A stretch of DNA of 63,359 nt, filler included, from Phoronis australis (GCA_002633005.1; 5 parts of 5 records of this genome joined end to end with filler, not necessarily neighbours in it); one strand, 5' to 3'; positions 25,043 to 38,874 are shown, counted from the first letter of the whole stretch. The notes: a model not told the origin generated them from the sequence alone. Program-made: numbers and translations.

Positions 25043-28000
25043 CAGTGGAGGATCTACGTTTTCAGTAAGGGGGGTTTAGGATTCCCGCAAAGGTCGAAAC
25101 CTAGGCGCGTGGCGCCGAGCGGGGGAGGTTCCCCACTCCCGTGTAAGACATTTTTTTTTGATTTTGTAGCCAAATAGTGAAATTTCCATGCATCCTGGTA
25201 AGTGTCTGGCACTTATATGTCTCTTGAGTTTTTCTTAAGATAATTAAAACCCTTCTCGATTTCGTCACATGAACTTGGCTCATAAGTTTCGTGAAACCAT
25301 ATTGTGCACATCTGGGTATGATTCACACTACCAGCAAAATTTTTTGTTGGAACATCTGCTTACATGTACGCACATCTTTTTCAGCAAACGAAAAGTCGTA
25401 TCCGAAAAGGTGTGGTGTATACTCGGGAACCCAATGGTCGTCCGCCTAAGCATAAAACCGGCTTGTTGTCGTACTCACCCAATCATTCCACTTCAAAGTC
25501 ATGATCTGAATAGGATTTGATTTAACTCTCACAAATATATAGTCTTCGTTGATTCAAACGTTTTCTTTTACTTATGCCGAGTTGTTCAACTGTGCATTGA
25601 TTTTCGGCAGCCATTTTGTAATGACTTCTATGGTCGTCATATGCTGCCGCCTTTTGAAAGAACAGCAAACCACACAGAAAAAGGCCAAGAAAATAGTGGA
25701 AAGTGGTATACAGCAATTCTACTTCAACCACAAACTGCTTTACTAGTATGATATCGATTTTTAAATCGATTAAAGTTGATTTAGAATTTCAGTTCTGGAA
25801 AATAAGTCGCAGCTGAGCCCGGGATTGTTTTATTCCAGATATACCTTACTTATTTCTGTTTGTGACCTCTTTATTTGACTTTTTGCTCTTGTTGTACTTA
25901 ACACCACTTATCTTTGCTGTCTTACTTTTTCTTTTCAGTTTCTCTTCATTCTCTGTTAACACCTTGTCAGCCAGAACAGAACTATAACCCTTTGAGACTT
26001 TGTCGGCGCAAGTTGATCATTGAACCTCAATGCAATTGTTCTAATAAATTACCCATAATCGTATTGTTTGATTTTTTCTCATCTTTAACAGGCTTCTGCA
26101 ATCATAAATAAATACACAAGTCGCATTCGAATTTTATTGCTCAATCTCTTCTTTTATTTTTGATTATGTCATGCTGTGTTGTATGTAGCAATGCAATATA
26201 GTGAAATAAAGTCAATGTTTTACTTTATTGGTGGCCATTCTCTATCAATTCAGTATTTTAATTTTCTTCAAATAAATTCAAAATGCTTTAATCAAAAATG
26301 TCAACATAAATGTCGAGCTCAGTACTGTGTTTTGCAATAAAAAAACAAGTGGACAATGTGTTGATGACCAAGGCGTGGGCCGAAACTGTTAAGCACCCAG
26401 GGTGTTCCATTTGTCTGCTGCGTTTTTCCTTTGGCCTAACAGGTGTCGGTTAGTGCCTGGGACAAATGGATACATTGCATAGACAATCCCTGAACTCACT
26501 GGTTCCCTGCGTGCCGCTAGGTGGGGCGGTAGCCGCGCCAGCACGCAGGTATCACTTAAATTTCCTCTGTAAATTTTTTTACACCGGCGTTTCTGATTGG
26601 CTAGTCGATTCGTCAACAGGCAGCGCTTTGCGCAAACAAACTGGCATGGCTGATGGACTGAAGTGTAAATGTGGTCTGTTGTACAGACAAATCGGTGCTT
26701 AAAATTATGTTCAGGAAATGTGAAGCCTAGAAATTGTGATNNNNNNNNNNNNNNNNNNNNNNNNNNNNNNNNNNNNNNNNNNNNTTAATTAATTAANNNN
26801 NNNNNNNNNNNNNNNNNNNNNNNNNNNNNNNNNNNNNNNNACTCGAGTTGAGTATGAAGTGTGAGTTTGAGCATGATTCGAGTCTGAGTACGGAGATTGG
26901 AGACCGGGCCCTGGTTTCCCTGTAAATTGTAAAGGCCTGTTCAGTCTATTGCCACATAGTTGAGGCTTCAAGTCTTAGGTGACATGCTGGAATAAATGAT
27001 TTTTCAAAACTGTACACGCTCTGAGAATTATTTCCAACGACCTAATTTCATATTCTTCAATACAGCTTCCTTGAAAAGAAATGTAATATTTTGTACAGAC
27101 AGGTATCTCAATTGCCGTAAATTTTTTTCAGATTGGAGGACTGGTGAAATTTCATGTTGTCAAATTTCTCTACAAAAATCACTTTTAAGAAAAAATTACT
27201 TTATTTTCCTCATGATTTGTATGGTGCAGCTATTACAAAACAATAAGTTTAAATTTTGAGTATCTGAAACAATTTGGAAGCCACTGAAAAGTGCAAATAT
27301 TGCAAATTTAGCTGTTATTTTTGTCCCGCGAAATTGAAGAATTTTCACACTACAATGTTTCCATTGTTCAGGCAAATTCAGGGATTAGTAACAAATGTTC
27401 ACGATGCAGGCACATGACAATTAAGTTAAGCTGATATTACTGAAAGTCAAAAGTGCAAAAGCAGATGTAACACTTAGAATATCACACACATGATATACGA
27501 CCCTTTGGATACTGAGGTCAAACTGGTCTGCCACACCCCGAAACGATCCTTTGTTGGCTAATACCCAAACCGTCTTTTTTTAAAGACACTGTTCTTCCCA
27601 ACTCATGGGGTCTTATCCATTGGCACAACCAGTGAAAGGAAACACAACGAAGTGGTTTTGTTCAGTTGATTTCGTTTCTAATCTTGACTATTGAAGATGG
27701 TAGTGCTGTTTTGGATGCAATGTAAGAGATTTTTACATCTTCAAAAATCACACTTCTTGCCTAAAAAAATCGCAACATGTGTCTCAAAGTCGAAGGCTGG
27801 TCTGATTACTCGCTATAAACAAGTGACATGCCTGCTTAAAAGCAGGGCTACCTGTTAGTGAAGCGGGATACTAGTTACTGTGACGAGAGCGCCGTCTTTT
27901 GATGGAGTTGTGAGTTAAGTCGAGTCATCAGAACTTGAGTAGGAGTGGTCAATTTTATTTTAAAGTGGTGTATGCTCATCAGTTCCCTTATTTGGTATTT

Positions 28001-28939
28001 CTGATGACGAAACTTTCACTTTGCATTTTGATTGGTTTTTACGTTTAACTTGAGACCCCTATTTTAGTGCAATTTGGAACATATGCGGGCGGTGCAAATT
28101 TGCCTGTAAAAATGGGCCCCACACGCTCGGATTCTGCTGGGTCTCGACTCTATCCGCAAGAAATCCTAACCAAACAAACCAACTGCTTGTGCCTTTTTAA
28201 TTTCGTTTTTCGTCGTATTTTTCTTGCTTATAAATTCTTTGGGTTATAAGTCAAAGAAATGTCGAAAACTCAGTATAATTTTACTACTCTCTTGTTCCTC
28301 TCAGTTGTCTCCATGGTTCTCTCGTATGCGATACAAACGAGTTAAAAAGTACACAACGCTGCAAATATTTTTATCGGCTACGAACAGTCGACATTTTAGA
28401 TACTAAGTAGATCAGTGCTGGTCGCCACTGGCAGTCGCTCCACCGATTCGCGTTACATTACACACAGCGCCACCTTGTTGCGGTAAAGCCTGGGATGAGT
28501 GGGTACCTTTCATGCTTTTGCGGAGTGTTGTCTTGTTGAAGTAGTGCGTGGTCGTAATGCACTCGGCTGATTTAACGCGTATGGGATAAATACGCTTGCT
28601 TGCTCACAACTACGTGAGCCACTCAGTGCCAATACCAGTTGCCAGCCGACTAGAGCGACGTCTTTCATGAAAACGTATTATGGATTTGTAATTTTTGGCG
28701 TGAGGCCAACCGGTCTCAGACAGTTCGTTCAAATTAAGGCTACTAACAGCTCGCTTATATTTTTGTCAATTTTTGCAAAACAGTCGGTAGTTCTACAAAA
28801 ATGTACTCTACTACACAAAATTGCCAACTGAAAAACTTATCAGCTGATCGGCGGGACGGGTCATCACACCATGGCGTACACTACACTTACTCTCTGGCAC
28901 AGCGCCCCCTATACTACTAACTTTCGTAGCACTGTGAAA

Positions 28940-29250
28940 GCCGCCTTCCGTTCAGTAACGCTAGGACCTTGCTAAAAGTATGACTGCGAGATTACGTGAG
29001 ATTCTGCCAGTGGCGGATTTAGAGGGGGCCATGCCCCCCCCCCTAAAATTCTCCCAGATTCCATTTGGCAGTACAGGGGTGCGAATGTCTGACGGGCAAA
29101 ATCCTGGCTAATACTCTGCCCTGCCCCTCCCCCCAAATCAAAATCCTGGATCTGCCCTTGACTGCCGTGTATTTTAAATGGGAGCACGTTACTTTAACTA
29201 GATTTTAGCTAGGTCCTAGCGTAGGCCATAACGTTACTGAACGCACGGCC
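28940..29250. mobile_element. TIR MITE with a nested family B MITE (29008-29160)
   Basis: Outer inverted repeats cgttcagtaacg..ctaggacct.gctaaaa / ttttagctaggtcctag..cgttactgaacg; inner element flanked by tctgc/actgc. Confidence 0.7.
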
Positions 29251-29783
29251 GGAGTGTATCGCACACTAAGCATAGTAAGGACAATCAAAATTCATTGCCA
29301 ATAATTAGAAGGGAAATATCGACGAATTAGTTCAATATTTAAAACTCACCCTTTTTGTAATATTTCCAATGACTAGCGATCGGGAACGCAAATTTGTGTT
29401 TAGGTTTATGCGATCGGGAATGCATCGTGGTGTGTCGAACAATAATGAACATTTTACTTATAAAACGTGAGAAGGTTACATAATAAATGTGATGCAATTA
29501 ATTAATCACATTTTGCGTCATTACTGTGTTAGCATATTGCCATTAAATAGCCATGAGCAATACATGTACATGAAGCATACTATTTTAGTGACATTACACG
29601 TTCTCCCGTTCAGTGACTTTACCAGACGTGAGCGTGTGTTAACATCTGGATCCTTTCTTAACTGTCCAGCACAGTCTTTTGTCCCGTATGACAACATGCC
29701 CAGTCTTCAAAGGGCTACTGAAACCTAGCCTTGGTACAAAGCTGTATATAAATATGTATATAATGTATTTTGACGACAGTCTT

Positions 29784-30781
29784 CAGTGGCGGATCTAGGA
29801 TATCAAAGGGGGGGGCCCAACATTTTGTCCGACTGTAAGAATTTACGCAAACTGAAGCACGATTGTAGATGCACATGGCACCGAATGGGGGNAGGTCGGG
29901 AGGGGGGTATGCCCCCCTCCCGCCCAGGAAATTTTTCTGTTTTTACCTCTAAAAATCGAGCATTTTCCTTGATTCCTGAAGTATTATTCAAGAAAAAAGG
30001 CAAAAAAAACAGAGAACGTGTCAATCAGAAAAAAACGCATGTATTACAGATTCGAACTCACGATCTGGCGAATAGTGTGCGCGTGCGTTACCACTATACC
30101 ACCACGATTAAGCTACTAACCTCATACTAAGGGACCTACTTGTTTATGGTCCACAGCGTTTGCGCGAAAACCTACTTCTTTTTGTAATGCTTATTACATG
30201 TTTTATATTTTGTGCCATCGATTCTTAACAAATTTGTCGTACTTGAAATAGTCTTCAAATGCCAAATAGGCCAAATCCGTTTTTCGTGTTGGCAATAATG
30301 ACGGGATTGCTTAGGAAATCGTCTTAAGATAAGGTTTGGCAAAGAGAGTATTGCGAGTTTCTGAGTGATTCACTAAGGCTACGATTAAAATTCACATCTT
30401 ACCAGCAGTTTCTGTTTTTTCATCGTCGATCAGGTTCCCTTTTCTTAAAAAATGAATAAAGTTTCTTCATTGCACAGTGGAGCAGACGACGGAAACGGAG
30501 TCGTAGTGCGTAGCGCTACTGCCGGTCGCCTGGGATATCGCGGGAGAGCCTATACTTAGCCATAGTTCCGTTACGAATGCGCCGTGTTCCGAATTTGACA
30601 CATGAAATTAGATTTGAGACCCCGTCCATCCAACACCAAAACTGCACACATTTAATTTAAATCTTTTTTCATCCGTATAATTTTAATTATCGGGGTTAAT
30701 TAATAAACTCAACATTTCCCTACGCTCTTACTGTTTTATTTTTTGCGGCAGCCAAGGGGGGGGGGCCTAAGTCCGTCTATG
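29784..30781 (+). mobile_element. MITE family C (~1 kb; starts CAGTGGCGGATCTAGGATATC)
   Basis: Collinear inverted copy at 56294-57241; end fragments at 45030-45129 and near 25043; internal tRNA-like A/B boxes at ~30047-30106. Confidence 0.8.
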
Positions 30782-31072
30782 AGTAAGATGAGTTGTTATC
30801 TATGCTCAGTTGCAAGCACATCATGGATTAGTATCTCACGAACATCCATTTGAACGGTGGCATCAAAATCCCTGCTGAATGGTGATCGAGCCGTATCAGA
30901 GCAAACAATGCATTAACGAGGAAGTCCCCGGTGTGCAGGCTAGTAAATTTACAGACTTCAAGGGAAATTTCAAGCCTTTCTGGTGTGCATGTACGGATTG
31001 TTTCAGGTACGCCTGCATTGGTCACTGCACTGGTAAACTTGGACTATAAATTTTGACGTTTTGCTACCAAAT

Positions 31073-31233
31073 CAGTGGCGAATTCATAGAGGGCCAAGGA
31101 GGCCATGCCCCCCCCCCCTAAAATTCTCCCACATTCCATGTGGCAGTTCGGGAGTGAGAATGACTGGATTGCAAAATCCTGGTTAATACTGTGCCCTGGT
31201 CCCTCCTTGTTCAAAATCCTGAATCCGCCCTTG
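31073..31233. mobile_element. MITE family B copy
   Basis: cagtggcgaatt...aaaatcctgaatccgcccttg, collinear with 12382-12538. Confidence 0.75.
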
Positions 31234-32536
31234 TGAATCCTCGTATTTTGAGTATTTACTTTTATAGCTCGTTGTAAAATGTTCCAACTACGCCGTGCAA
31301 ACCATGGGAGGTCTTTTCAATCTATGAGAACATACACTGTACTAGTATACGCATCTCTAGTTAGTGCAGTATACATCATAAAGCAATTGAAAACCTGTAC
31401 AGTTCGGGCAAAATCCTGTCACTAGATCACGCATGTGACTACCTTTTGCTTANTAATACTGTGCCCTGGTCCCTCCTTGTTCAAAATCCTGAATCCGCCC
31501 CTGTGAATCCTCGTATTTTGAGTATTTACTTTTATAGCTCGTTGTAAAATGTTCCAACTACGCCGTGCAAACCATGGGAGGTCTTTTCAATCTATGAGAA
31601 CATACACTGTACTAGTATACGCATCTCTAGTTAGTGCAGTATACACCATAAAGCAATTGAAAACCTGTACAGTTCGGGCAAAATCCTGTCACTAGATCAC
31701 GCATGTGACTACCTTTTGCTTAGCACTCGATCATGGTCAGACAAGGAATGGTCCAGATTGAACGTTAAGCAACTGCTAATCACAGCAATCGACACATGTG
31801 TTACATACTTCCGAGATTATGAAACTATGTAGATTTCTTTTGCATCTATACCTTGACTGAAGGTGCAGGTACTTTACGACTTATATACTACTTTCTGTAC
31901 CTAGGCTGCACGTAAAGGTGTGTACAGGTCAAAGTTAGCCGCCATGTTGCAAATTGTAATTCGATTGTTTTAATGTTCATGCAGCAAATCACGGTACGTA
32001 AAACACTGACAATATATTTGGCCAGGTATTAAAATACAGAAAACGCGCATCGCCGAATTTAAATCCATGCACAATGAAAGTCAATATATAGTAAATAGAC
32101 TAGCAACACATACATTTGAGGTATGATGAACAGTTGGCAAATATTTTTCTTGTTTATAGATGATTAGCTAATTGTGCAAACTCCAGAATCAATAAATTCG
32201 AGCCAGTGTCAACACGGAAACGATCCAACTCCATCTTGTTTGTGGTAACATATTCGTGTAACATGTTTGTATTTGAAACCTGAAACTAGAAGAACTTCAG
32301 AGGGAAATTTCTGAGCATTTTGATATTGAATTCGACAGTTGCCGTTTAAAGAGAAAGGATAAAACATTTTAGGCACTTTCGAAGAAATAGAGAATCCTAC
32401 AGGAGTCCCGGGTTTATGACATGGGCAAAACGTCTTGGAATGTTCGTAAAAATCCGGAGGCTTCTTACACGAACGATCTTTTTGCCGAAAAACTCGACGT
32501 GCCTCAGACATTCAACCACATGACGGAGCTTTTTAA

Positions 32537-33430
32537 AGTGTACACAACATGACTCTAGTACCTCAAAATAAATTTTATTATTATATCTTACTTGATTTCA
32601 GTGCCTTTAGTGCACAGCTTATAAAGAAACACGCAAAAATTGAAAAAATAATAATTATGTACAACGTCATGGGTTGAACCCAAGTCGTTCGCCAAACTGT
32701 TCGGATCAGAGACAAAGTGTATAGAGTGAAGAGAAAGCAAAGTACATTTAGCGTCGAGAAGGTTCGTAGAGGGATCAAAAGATGAGTTTCCAGAGGCTTC
32801 AGCAACAGCAGCCAGGCGGAGAACGTCTCGGTGTTCCGAAAGACACCAAAGTTGCGCAGAAGTGGCATCGCTTCTTGCGCCGAACGAGAGTGTGGGACGT
32901 CATCGTGGACCAAGCGATTCGGTCTGGGGCCACTCTGTGTTCTGCCCACTTTGAGGACTCACGTTTCGACTCCAGTCACAGGAGACGTTACGATGAAGGC
33001 CTGGTTCAATAAAGGACATTATTTATCATTCAGAAACATCAGCTATTAATTCAGGATCGTCTGTTGGATGACTGGGTTGACTCGCCGAGCCCGAGGCAGA
33101 TTCTCTCGCGGGAGGATCCAGTTCGTAAGGCTCAAAGTAGAAAAATACGCAGCCGGAAGCACATTAAACTTGTTCTTGCTTTCGTGCAACCCCATTTCCT
33201 CATCCTGGCCACCATGCCCGTACGTTCAATTCTTGCTCATAATCGTCGTCGCTTTCAAATTCCCTGCTCTCCGCATTTGTTCAATGCTAGTCACTGATCT
33301 CTTGTGTTCAACCCATGACGTCACATGGCGGGAAATGTGAAAATTGGCAAAATTGAAAGAAAAATCAAAATTTCGAGCTAATTACACAAAATAAACATGG
33401 GTTTAACTAAATTATACGTCATACATTTAG
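32537..33430 (+). mobile_element. Decayed THAP-domain-containing DNA transposon, possibly Kolobok
   Basis: 32779-33012 reads R*VSRGFSN..VSVF, then after a frameshift PKDTKVAQKWHRFLRRTR..TLCSAHFEDSRF (THAP P..W..CSxHF signature, first two Cys lost). Left boundary guessed from TTAA-AG at 32533; right boundary uncertain. Confidence 0.65.
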
Positions 33431-34198
33431 TCTGTGGCCACCGGTAATTCGAAATGTGCAAAAATCCATGGTGTGCAGGGCTCGACATAACGAGCTGCAG
33501 GTCGCATTTGCGACCTGAAATTTGGAAATGCGAGCTGAGATTTTTGTCAGCTCGTATAAAGTCACAAAATGCGACCTGGAATTTCCAACGAATGCGAGCT
33601 GAGTTTTTACACTTCTCAACAGATACCTGGCAAATACAAAGCAGCTCTTGTTAATCCGACCGTTATTTGGTTGTTGCCAAATACAAGTTCAAAAGAACAC
33701 TAACAGGGCTCCCGATGACTTGTAAGCAAGTCGCGTGATCATGGGATATGCAGAATCAATCTTTGACGCGTTTCATTGGCTAACACTTTCGGCCACTTTT
33801 GTAAATTCCCGGATTCNNNNNNNNNNNNNNNNNNNNNNNNNNNNNNNNNNNNNNNNNNNNNNNNNNNNNNNNNNNNNNNNNNNNNNNNNNNNNNNNNNNN
33901 NNNNNNNNNNNNNNNNNNNNNNNNNNNNNNNNNNNNNNNNNNNNNNNNNNNNNNNNNNNNNNNNNNNNNNNNNNNNNNNNNNNNNNNNNNNNNNNNNNNN
34001 NNNNNNNNNNNNNNNNNNNNNNNNNNNNNNNNNNNNNNNNNNNNNNNNNNNNNNNNNNNNNNNNNNNNNNNNNNNNNNNNNNNNNNNNNNNNNNNNNNNN
34101 NNNNNNNNNNNNNNNNNNNNNNNNNNNNNNNNNNNNNNNNNNNNNNNNNNNNNNNNNNNNNNNNNNNNNNNNNNNNNNNNNNNNNNNNNNNNNNNNGT

Positions 34199-35359
34199 AG
34201 CAAACTTCATGTGGACGTGTACCCTTTCGTGTGGAGGAACTTCTCTGAAAACGGTTATGTCACCGCCTGGTCAGAAGACGCTCCAGAAGTTGGTACGTTC
34301 ACCTTCAGATTGACTGGATTCCAGAAACAACCAACGGACCACTATATGAGGACATTTCACAACTTGGACGACTGGAATCGGAAGCCGAAACATTGCATTG
34401 GCGATCGTCCAAGAGTGAGAGTTGTGCTAGACTGGATCAAAAGCTTTCTGAAGATGTATAAAGGACATCCCAAGTTTGCATTCATGTTTCACAACGAATT
34501 AAGCCATGGGCATAACGACTTAATTCAAACAGCCGACGGGAACTTGCTTAACTTCTTGAAAGAACTTAAAGACGAAGGTCATCTTGATCGTTCATTACTG
34601 ATCCTAATGTCGGATCATGGCGCAAGATTTCGAGAGCAACGAGGCACGTTACAGGGAAAGCAAGAAGAGCGCAATCCATTTTTCGGATTTGCATTTCCAA
34701 ATTGGTTCCAGCAAAAATATCCCAAGGCGTATTCAAATGTGCTAAAAAATTCCGAAAGGCTGGTGACACCGTTCGACGTCCACGAAACTTTGCGGGATGT
34801 ACTCCATTATAAAGAGGTTGGCATGGGAAGTGTCTACGATCGTGGAATAAGTTTGTTCAAGGAGATTCCAAAGAATCGATCGTGTGCACATGCAGCCATC
34901 GATGCCCATTGGTGTAACTGCTTACATTGGACAGTCTTACAGATCGGCCATTCCAGCGCAGTTCAAGGTGCGCATGGTCTTGTTGAGTTCATAAATGAAA
35001 TGACAGAGCAGCAGCGTTCACAGTGTGTAAAACTATCTTTGGAAATGTTGCTGGAAGCAGTTCAATTTCACCCAAGTCCTGAAATGTTAAAATTCAAACA
35101 AAGCAAAGACAAAAATGGTTTGATACCTGACTTCTCCGACAACATGGAAATTGATTATCGTTTATACCAAGTGAAGATTCGGACCTCTCCAAATAACGGT
35201 TTGTACGAGGCGACATTTCGTCAAGACGTTAAATCTGGGTCATTGCGATTTATGAAAGATGACATCAGTCGCATTAATAAGTATGGTGAAGACCCGAACT
35301 GTATAAAACAAACGCACGAGCACTTGAGGAAGTATTGCTTGTGTAAAAATGGGATTTAG
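34199..35359 (+). CDS. DUF229 family protein (alkaline phosphatase/sulfatase-like fold), C-terminal 386 aa; 5' part lost in gap 33817-34196
   Basis: Uninterrupted ORF with DUF229 motifs: PFVWRNFSENGYVTAWSED..GTF..GF..QPTDHYMR, HNELSH, LMSDHG.RF..QGKQEERNPF, RLVTPFDVHETL, GISLF.EIP.NRSC..A.I..HWCNC, and C-terminal ISRINKYG..C....LRKYCLC. Confidence 0.92.
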   Translation, partial: SKLHVDVYPFVWRNFSENGYVTAWSEDAPEVGTFTFRLTGFQKQPTDHYMRTFHNLDDWNRKPKHCIGDRPRVRVVLDWIKSFLKMYKGHPKFAFMFHNELSHGHNDLIQTADGNLLNFLKELKDEGHLDRSLLILMSDHGARFREQRGTLQGKQEERNPFFGFAFPNWFQQKYPKAYSNVLKNSERLVTPFDVHETLRDVLHYKEVGMGSVYDRGISLFKEIPKNRSCAHAAIDAHWCNCLHWTVLQIGHSSAVQGAHGLVEFINEMTEQQRSQCVKLSLEMLLEAVQFHPSPEMLKFKQSKDKNGLIPDFSDNMEIDYRLYQVKIRTSPNNGLYEATFRQDVKSGSLRFMKDDISRINKYGEDPNCIKQTHEHLRKYCLCKNGI

Positions 35360-37843
35360 ACTGTTGATTTATTTTCCCGTGCGACTTCACTACAGCACAG
35401 TACAGCAGTACGTATATAGGTCGTTTTCAGTTGTTGCCTTAGTTCGAGCTATGGTCAATATAGTTCCGAGTGAATTTGTAACGTTAAGATACTGTTCAAG
35501 TTGAACTAACTTTTGAAGTTTTAAGGGAGAGAGGCTGTAGTTTAGATGCGCTGTTGACAGACTCTGGTGTGGAGCCGTTACTGCGAGGCGACGAGTGAGA
35601 AGAGCGCTATTCATTGTCTGTTTTCATTGTTTTGGACTCTAGATATAGAAATCCTTGTACTGAGACATACCGTTACAAGGCGAGATCAACAAGGAATTGT
35701 GTTCTTGTGTACTTCAGTGGGGATGGAGAACGGAATTGGAAAGTTCGTTTTGTGCATTGTCGTTCTCGTGAGTCTGAAGAACTTGAAACTTAGAACAATC
35801 GTTTGGATACCTGCTTGTTGAAACCCTGGTTTTATATCCATAACTGCCGTGACCGATCCTCAGATAATGGAAAATGTTATCGAACCTTAAACATTAGAGC
35901 CAACAACCAAACATCAGCCGCGTGACACCTTGGAAAACTAGCAGTATTTGAACATATGGAAATTGTCTGTGGCACAAGGGCTCAATACACCGATAGCCCT
36001 TGTCGTTAATCTCCAGTTTTCATCGACAGCACGGAACAAGTGGATGAACACTGCTGTTCGTTGTCATTTCAATACACCATAGTCTGCCCTTTGTGTTCCT
36101 AAGTTTGGAGAAATAATTTCAACAACCTTAAAAATGTGTTTAATTGGCTCTGTGCAAATGAACTTTCCTTAAATAAAAATAGACTAAGTTGACGCTGTTT
36201 GCTTTCCAACAAAAACGATTAGGTGAGCTGCAAATAACTAAAACTCTAATTTACCATACCTCTATCGCTCAAGTGAAACATTCAAATGCAGTGGCATTTT
36301 TCTGTATGAATCACTCACTTGGAATAAACATGTCAGTGAAATTTCTTACAAAAGTTGCCAAAACAGTTGAAGTCTTTTCTATTTTAATATATCAGTGTCC
36401 CACACATCTACAACTCATGAATTATAATTGTCTAATACTGCATGCATCTCATTTTAAAACTATGGAATAACTATGAAGTTATAACAATTGCTTAAGAGCA
36501 CGTCCACGAATGGACCAGGCAAAAGGTGATAAAGGCTATGTCACGAATTTCCTCGATTGTTTGCATGATGGTAGGGGTTGATGCCCCAACCTTCATACCA
36601 ACATTATTTTTTTTGCGTGCGCCACCTTGTGGTTGCTATGGGAACGTGTTGTTTTTCTGCCAATTCCAAGCCTCGTTAAAGCTACATTTTGGCACTTGCG
36701 AACTTACCTTGAGAACAATAGTGCAAAATGAAACGCTTCAAGTTTATCAATGAATTGGGGTGTCTTTCAACTTGCCAGTCATAGAAAATGTCATGGTTTC
36801 AGTTACATCTTAACCGTTTTTGAAGGCTACCAGTTTAGCTAGTTTGTGGTGATTCCAAAATGTTGAAAATTGCCCTACTTCCTGCCTCAATATCTCAGCT
36901 GAAGCCAAATTTAAAACAACAAAACTACAACCAGTGTTTAGATTGATCTTAGGTCTACTAAATAAAACCATAAAAAGTCTAGGCAATCACCCTTCTTCAT
37001 ACCGCTTCGGGCTCTAGAAGTAGGGCACCTCACCAAAATTATGCAACTGGCCAATGTCTGCATAGTAACAAATGTATGCGAGGATTCAAAATACAGTTTT
37101 GAAATCTTAAAATAGGCGGTCGAACATATCAAGAGAACTTTAATTTTGCTACTTTACAGAAAATAATGAGAAGCACAACAAGGCACGTTGGTTTCCTTTG
37201 ACCCTGACGATAACGCTGCCAATAGCATGTGCATATATTCACCCTTTCAAAATGCATTCTGGTTGAGTAAAAAATCTAAAGTCTTCAGTTATACATAACT
37301 GGGAACTTGAATTCTGAAATTTTAAAGTGTGGGTCTGATTGAAATTTAGTTTTCTAATGTTCTCGAAGTCGGTTGATCGTGTCCCGACGCATCTCAATTC
37401 AACAATTTGTATAAAAAACAATAATAGGTGAATTGGGCCGTTAGCAGACAACTGCATCTCCATACAGTGTATATCACCAAACCCGAACAAATCAGACAGC
37501 AAAGTAGTTAGTCATAAAAAAGATGTATTGAAATGGTATTGGTTAAATGCTGTGAAATGAGGTTAGAAAAACCGATCTTATAATGATAGTCGACTACCGG
37601 TGAAATTGGCGTTGTTGAATAACTTTTCGTACGCTTCTCATTCGGGAAAGTCCCCGAACAGCACACGCCCAGATGTGCATATGGATGTCTGAATATTCTC
37701 GCATTATGGATACCAATGTTTTTTAGTTTTCACCGACAACGCATAGAATGATGTATTTGCGGAAGGTTTGTAGGAAACCGAGTATTTCACACGCAAGATA
37801 GCAGAAAAATCAGTTCAGATGTTTTTTGCATCTATCACAATTT

Positions 37844-38140
37844 CAATGGCGGATTCCCGGAGGGGACCAAGGGGGCCATGCCCCCCAAAAATTCTCCCAG
37901 ATACCATTTGTCAGTTCGGGGTGCTAATTGCTAACTAGCATATGCGTGCACCCAGGGGGCTCCGTGGGCGAATGCACAATGCATTGGCCTTGAACAAACC
38001 CCGTTTACCGGATTGTTTTTAGCAATAAGGTCCACAAACCCAAAAATTCGAGACCCCTGCATCCCTAGATTTTAGGGTGGGCGCGCGGATGTGGCGAAAT
38101 TCTGTGCCCTGCCCCCCACTCAAAATCCTGGATCCGCCCG
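37844..38140. mobile_element. MITE family B copy with a family A MITE nested at 37941-38091
   Basis: caatggcggatt...aaaatcctggatccgccc flanked by aattt/agttt; inner atgcgtgcacccag...gtgggcgcgcggatg. Confidence 0.7.
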
Positions 38141-38874
38141 AGTTTAGTATTGGTATGCAAAGGTGTTTGGTGCTTACCATCAGTTAGACTCCAAAAATTC
38201 AGAAGTCTCGAGACTAATACATGTAGTGTCAGCTACTTCATTGAAAAATCGCAAGACAATTCATGAGCAGCAAAACGTATTCTTAAAGTGGCATGGACCG
38301 CGAAAACTCGTGAAAAATACGCTTTAAACGATCCCTAACCAAAGTACCTTCCTTCAACCTTTACTAAAAAGTTATTCACTTCCCCTTGAGAAGGAATTTC
38401 CAGAAAAAATGACCCAATTCATGGTTTTTGAAAGAAGTACGAAGAAAAGCTTGTATGGTAACCACCTATACCTGCCTATCTTCCTTTCACTTATTATAAA
38501 TGCGCGCATGCGCTCAGTCATTCGACAATCGAACAGCTGATTCAGTGACAAGAGTGTTGTGAACTACTTTGCCACCCAATGTGCTTTATACCTCGTGCCG
38601 TGTATATTGTGCCTACCTCTACGATTCTTCATGATTGGACCATTACTTGAGATTTGATCATGCTAATCTTCAGTGGACTATTATTCATTTACACTACGTG
38701 TCAGAGAACGGTGCTGCGCTAATAATCGCTGACGCAGTTTTGCAAGACAATACGAGACAAGATGTCGGACAGTGNNNNNNNNNNNNNNNNNNNNNNNNNN
38801 NNNNNNNNNNNNNNNNNNTTAATTAATTAANNNNNNNNNNNNNNNNNNNNNNNNNNNNNNNNNNNNNNNNNNNN

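Noticed and set aside
28001-28015. CTGATGAC-GAAAC hammerhead-like core
   Set aside because: No stem II between the core segments and no flanking helices.
31184-31722. ~270-bp near-exact tandem duplication
   Set aside because: Joined at a single N (31453); likely an assembly artefact.
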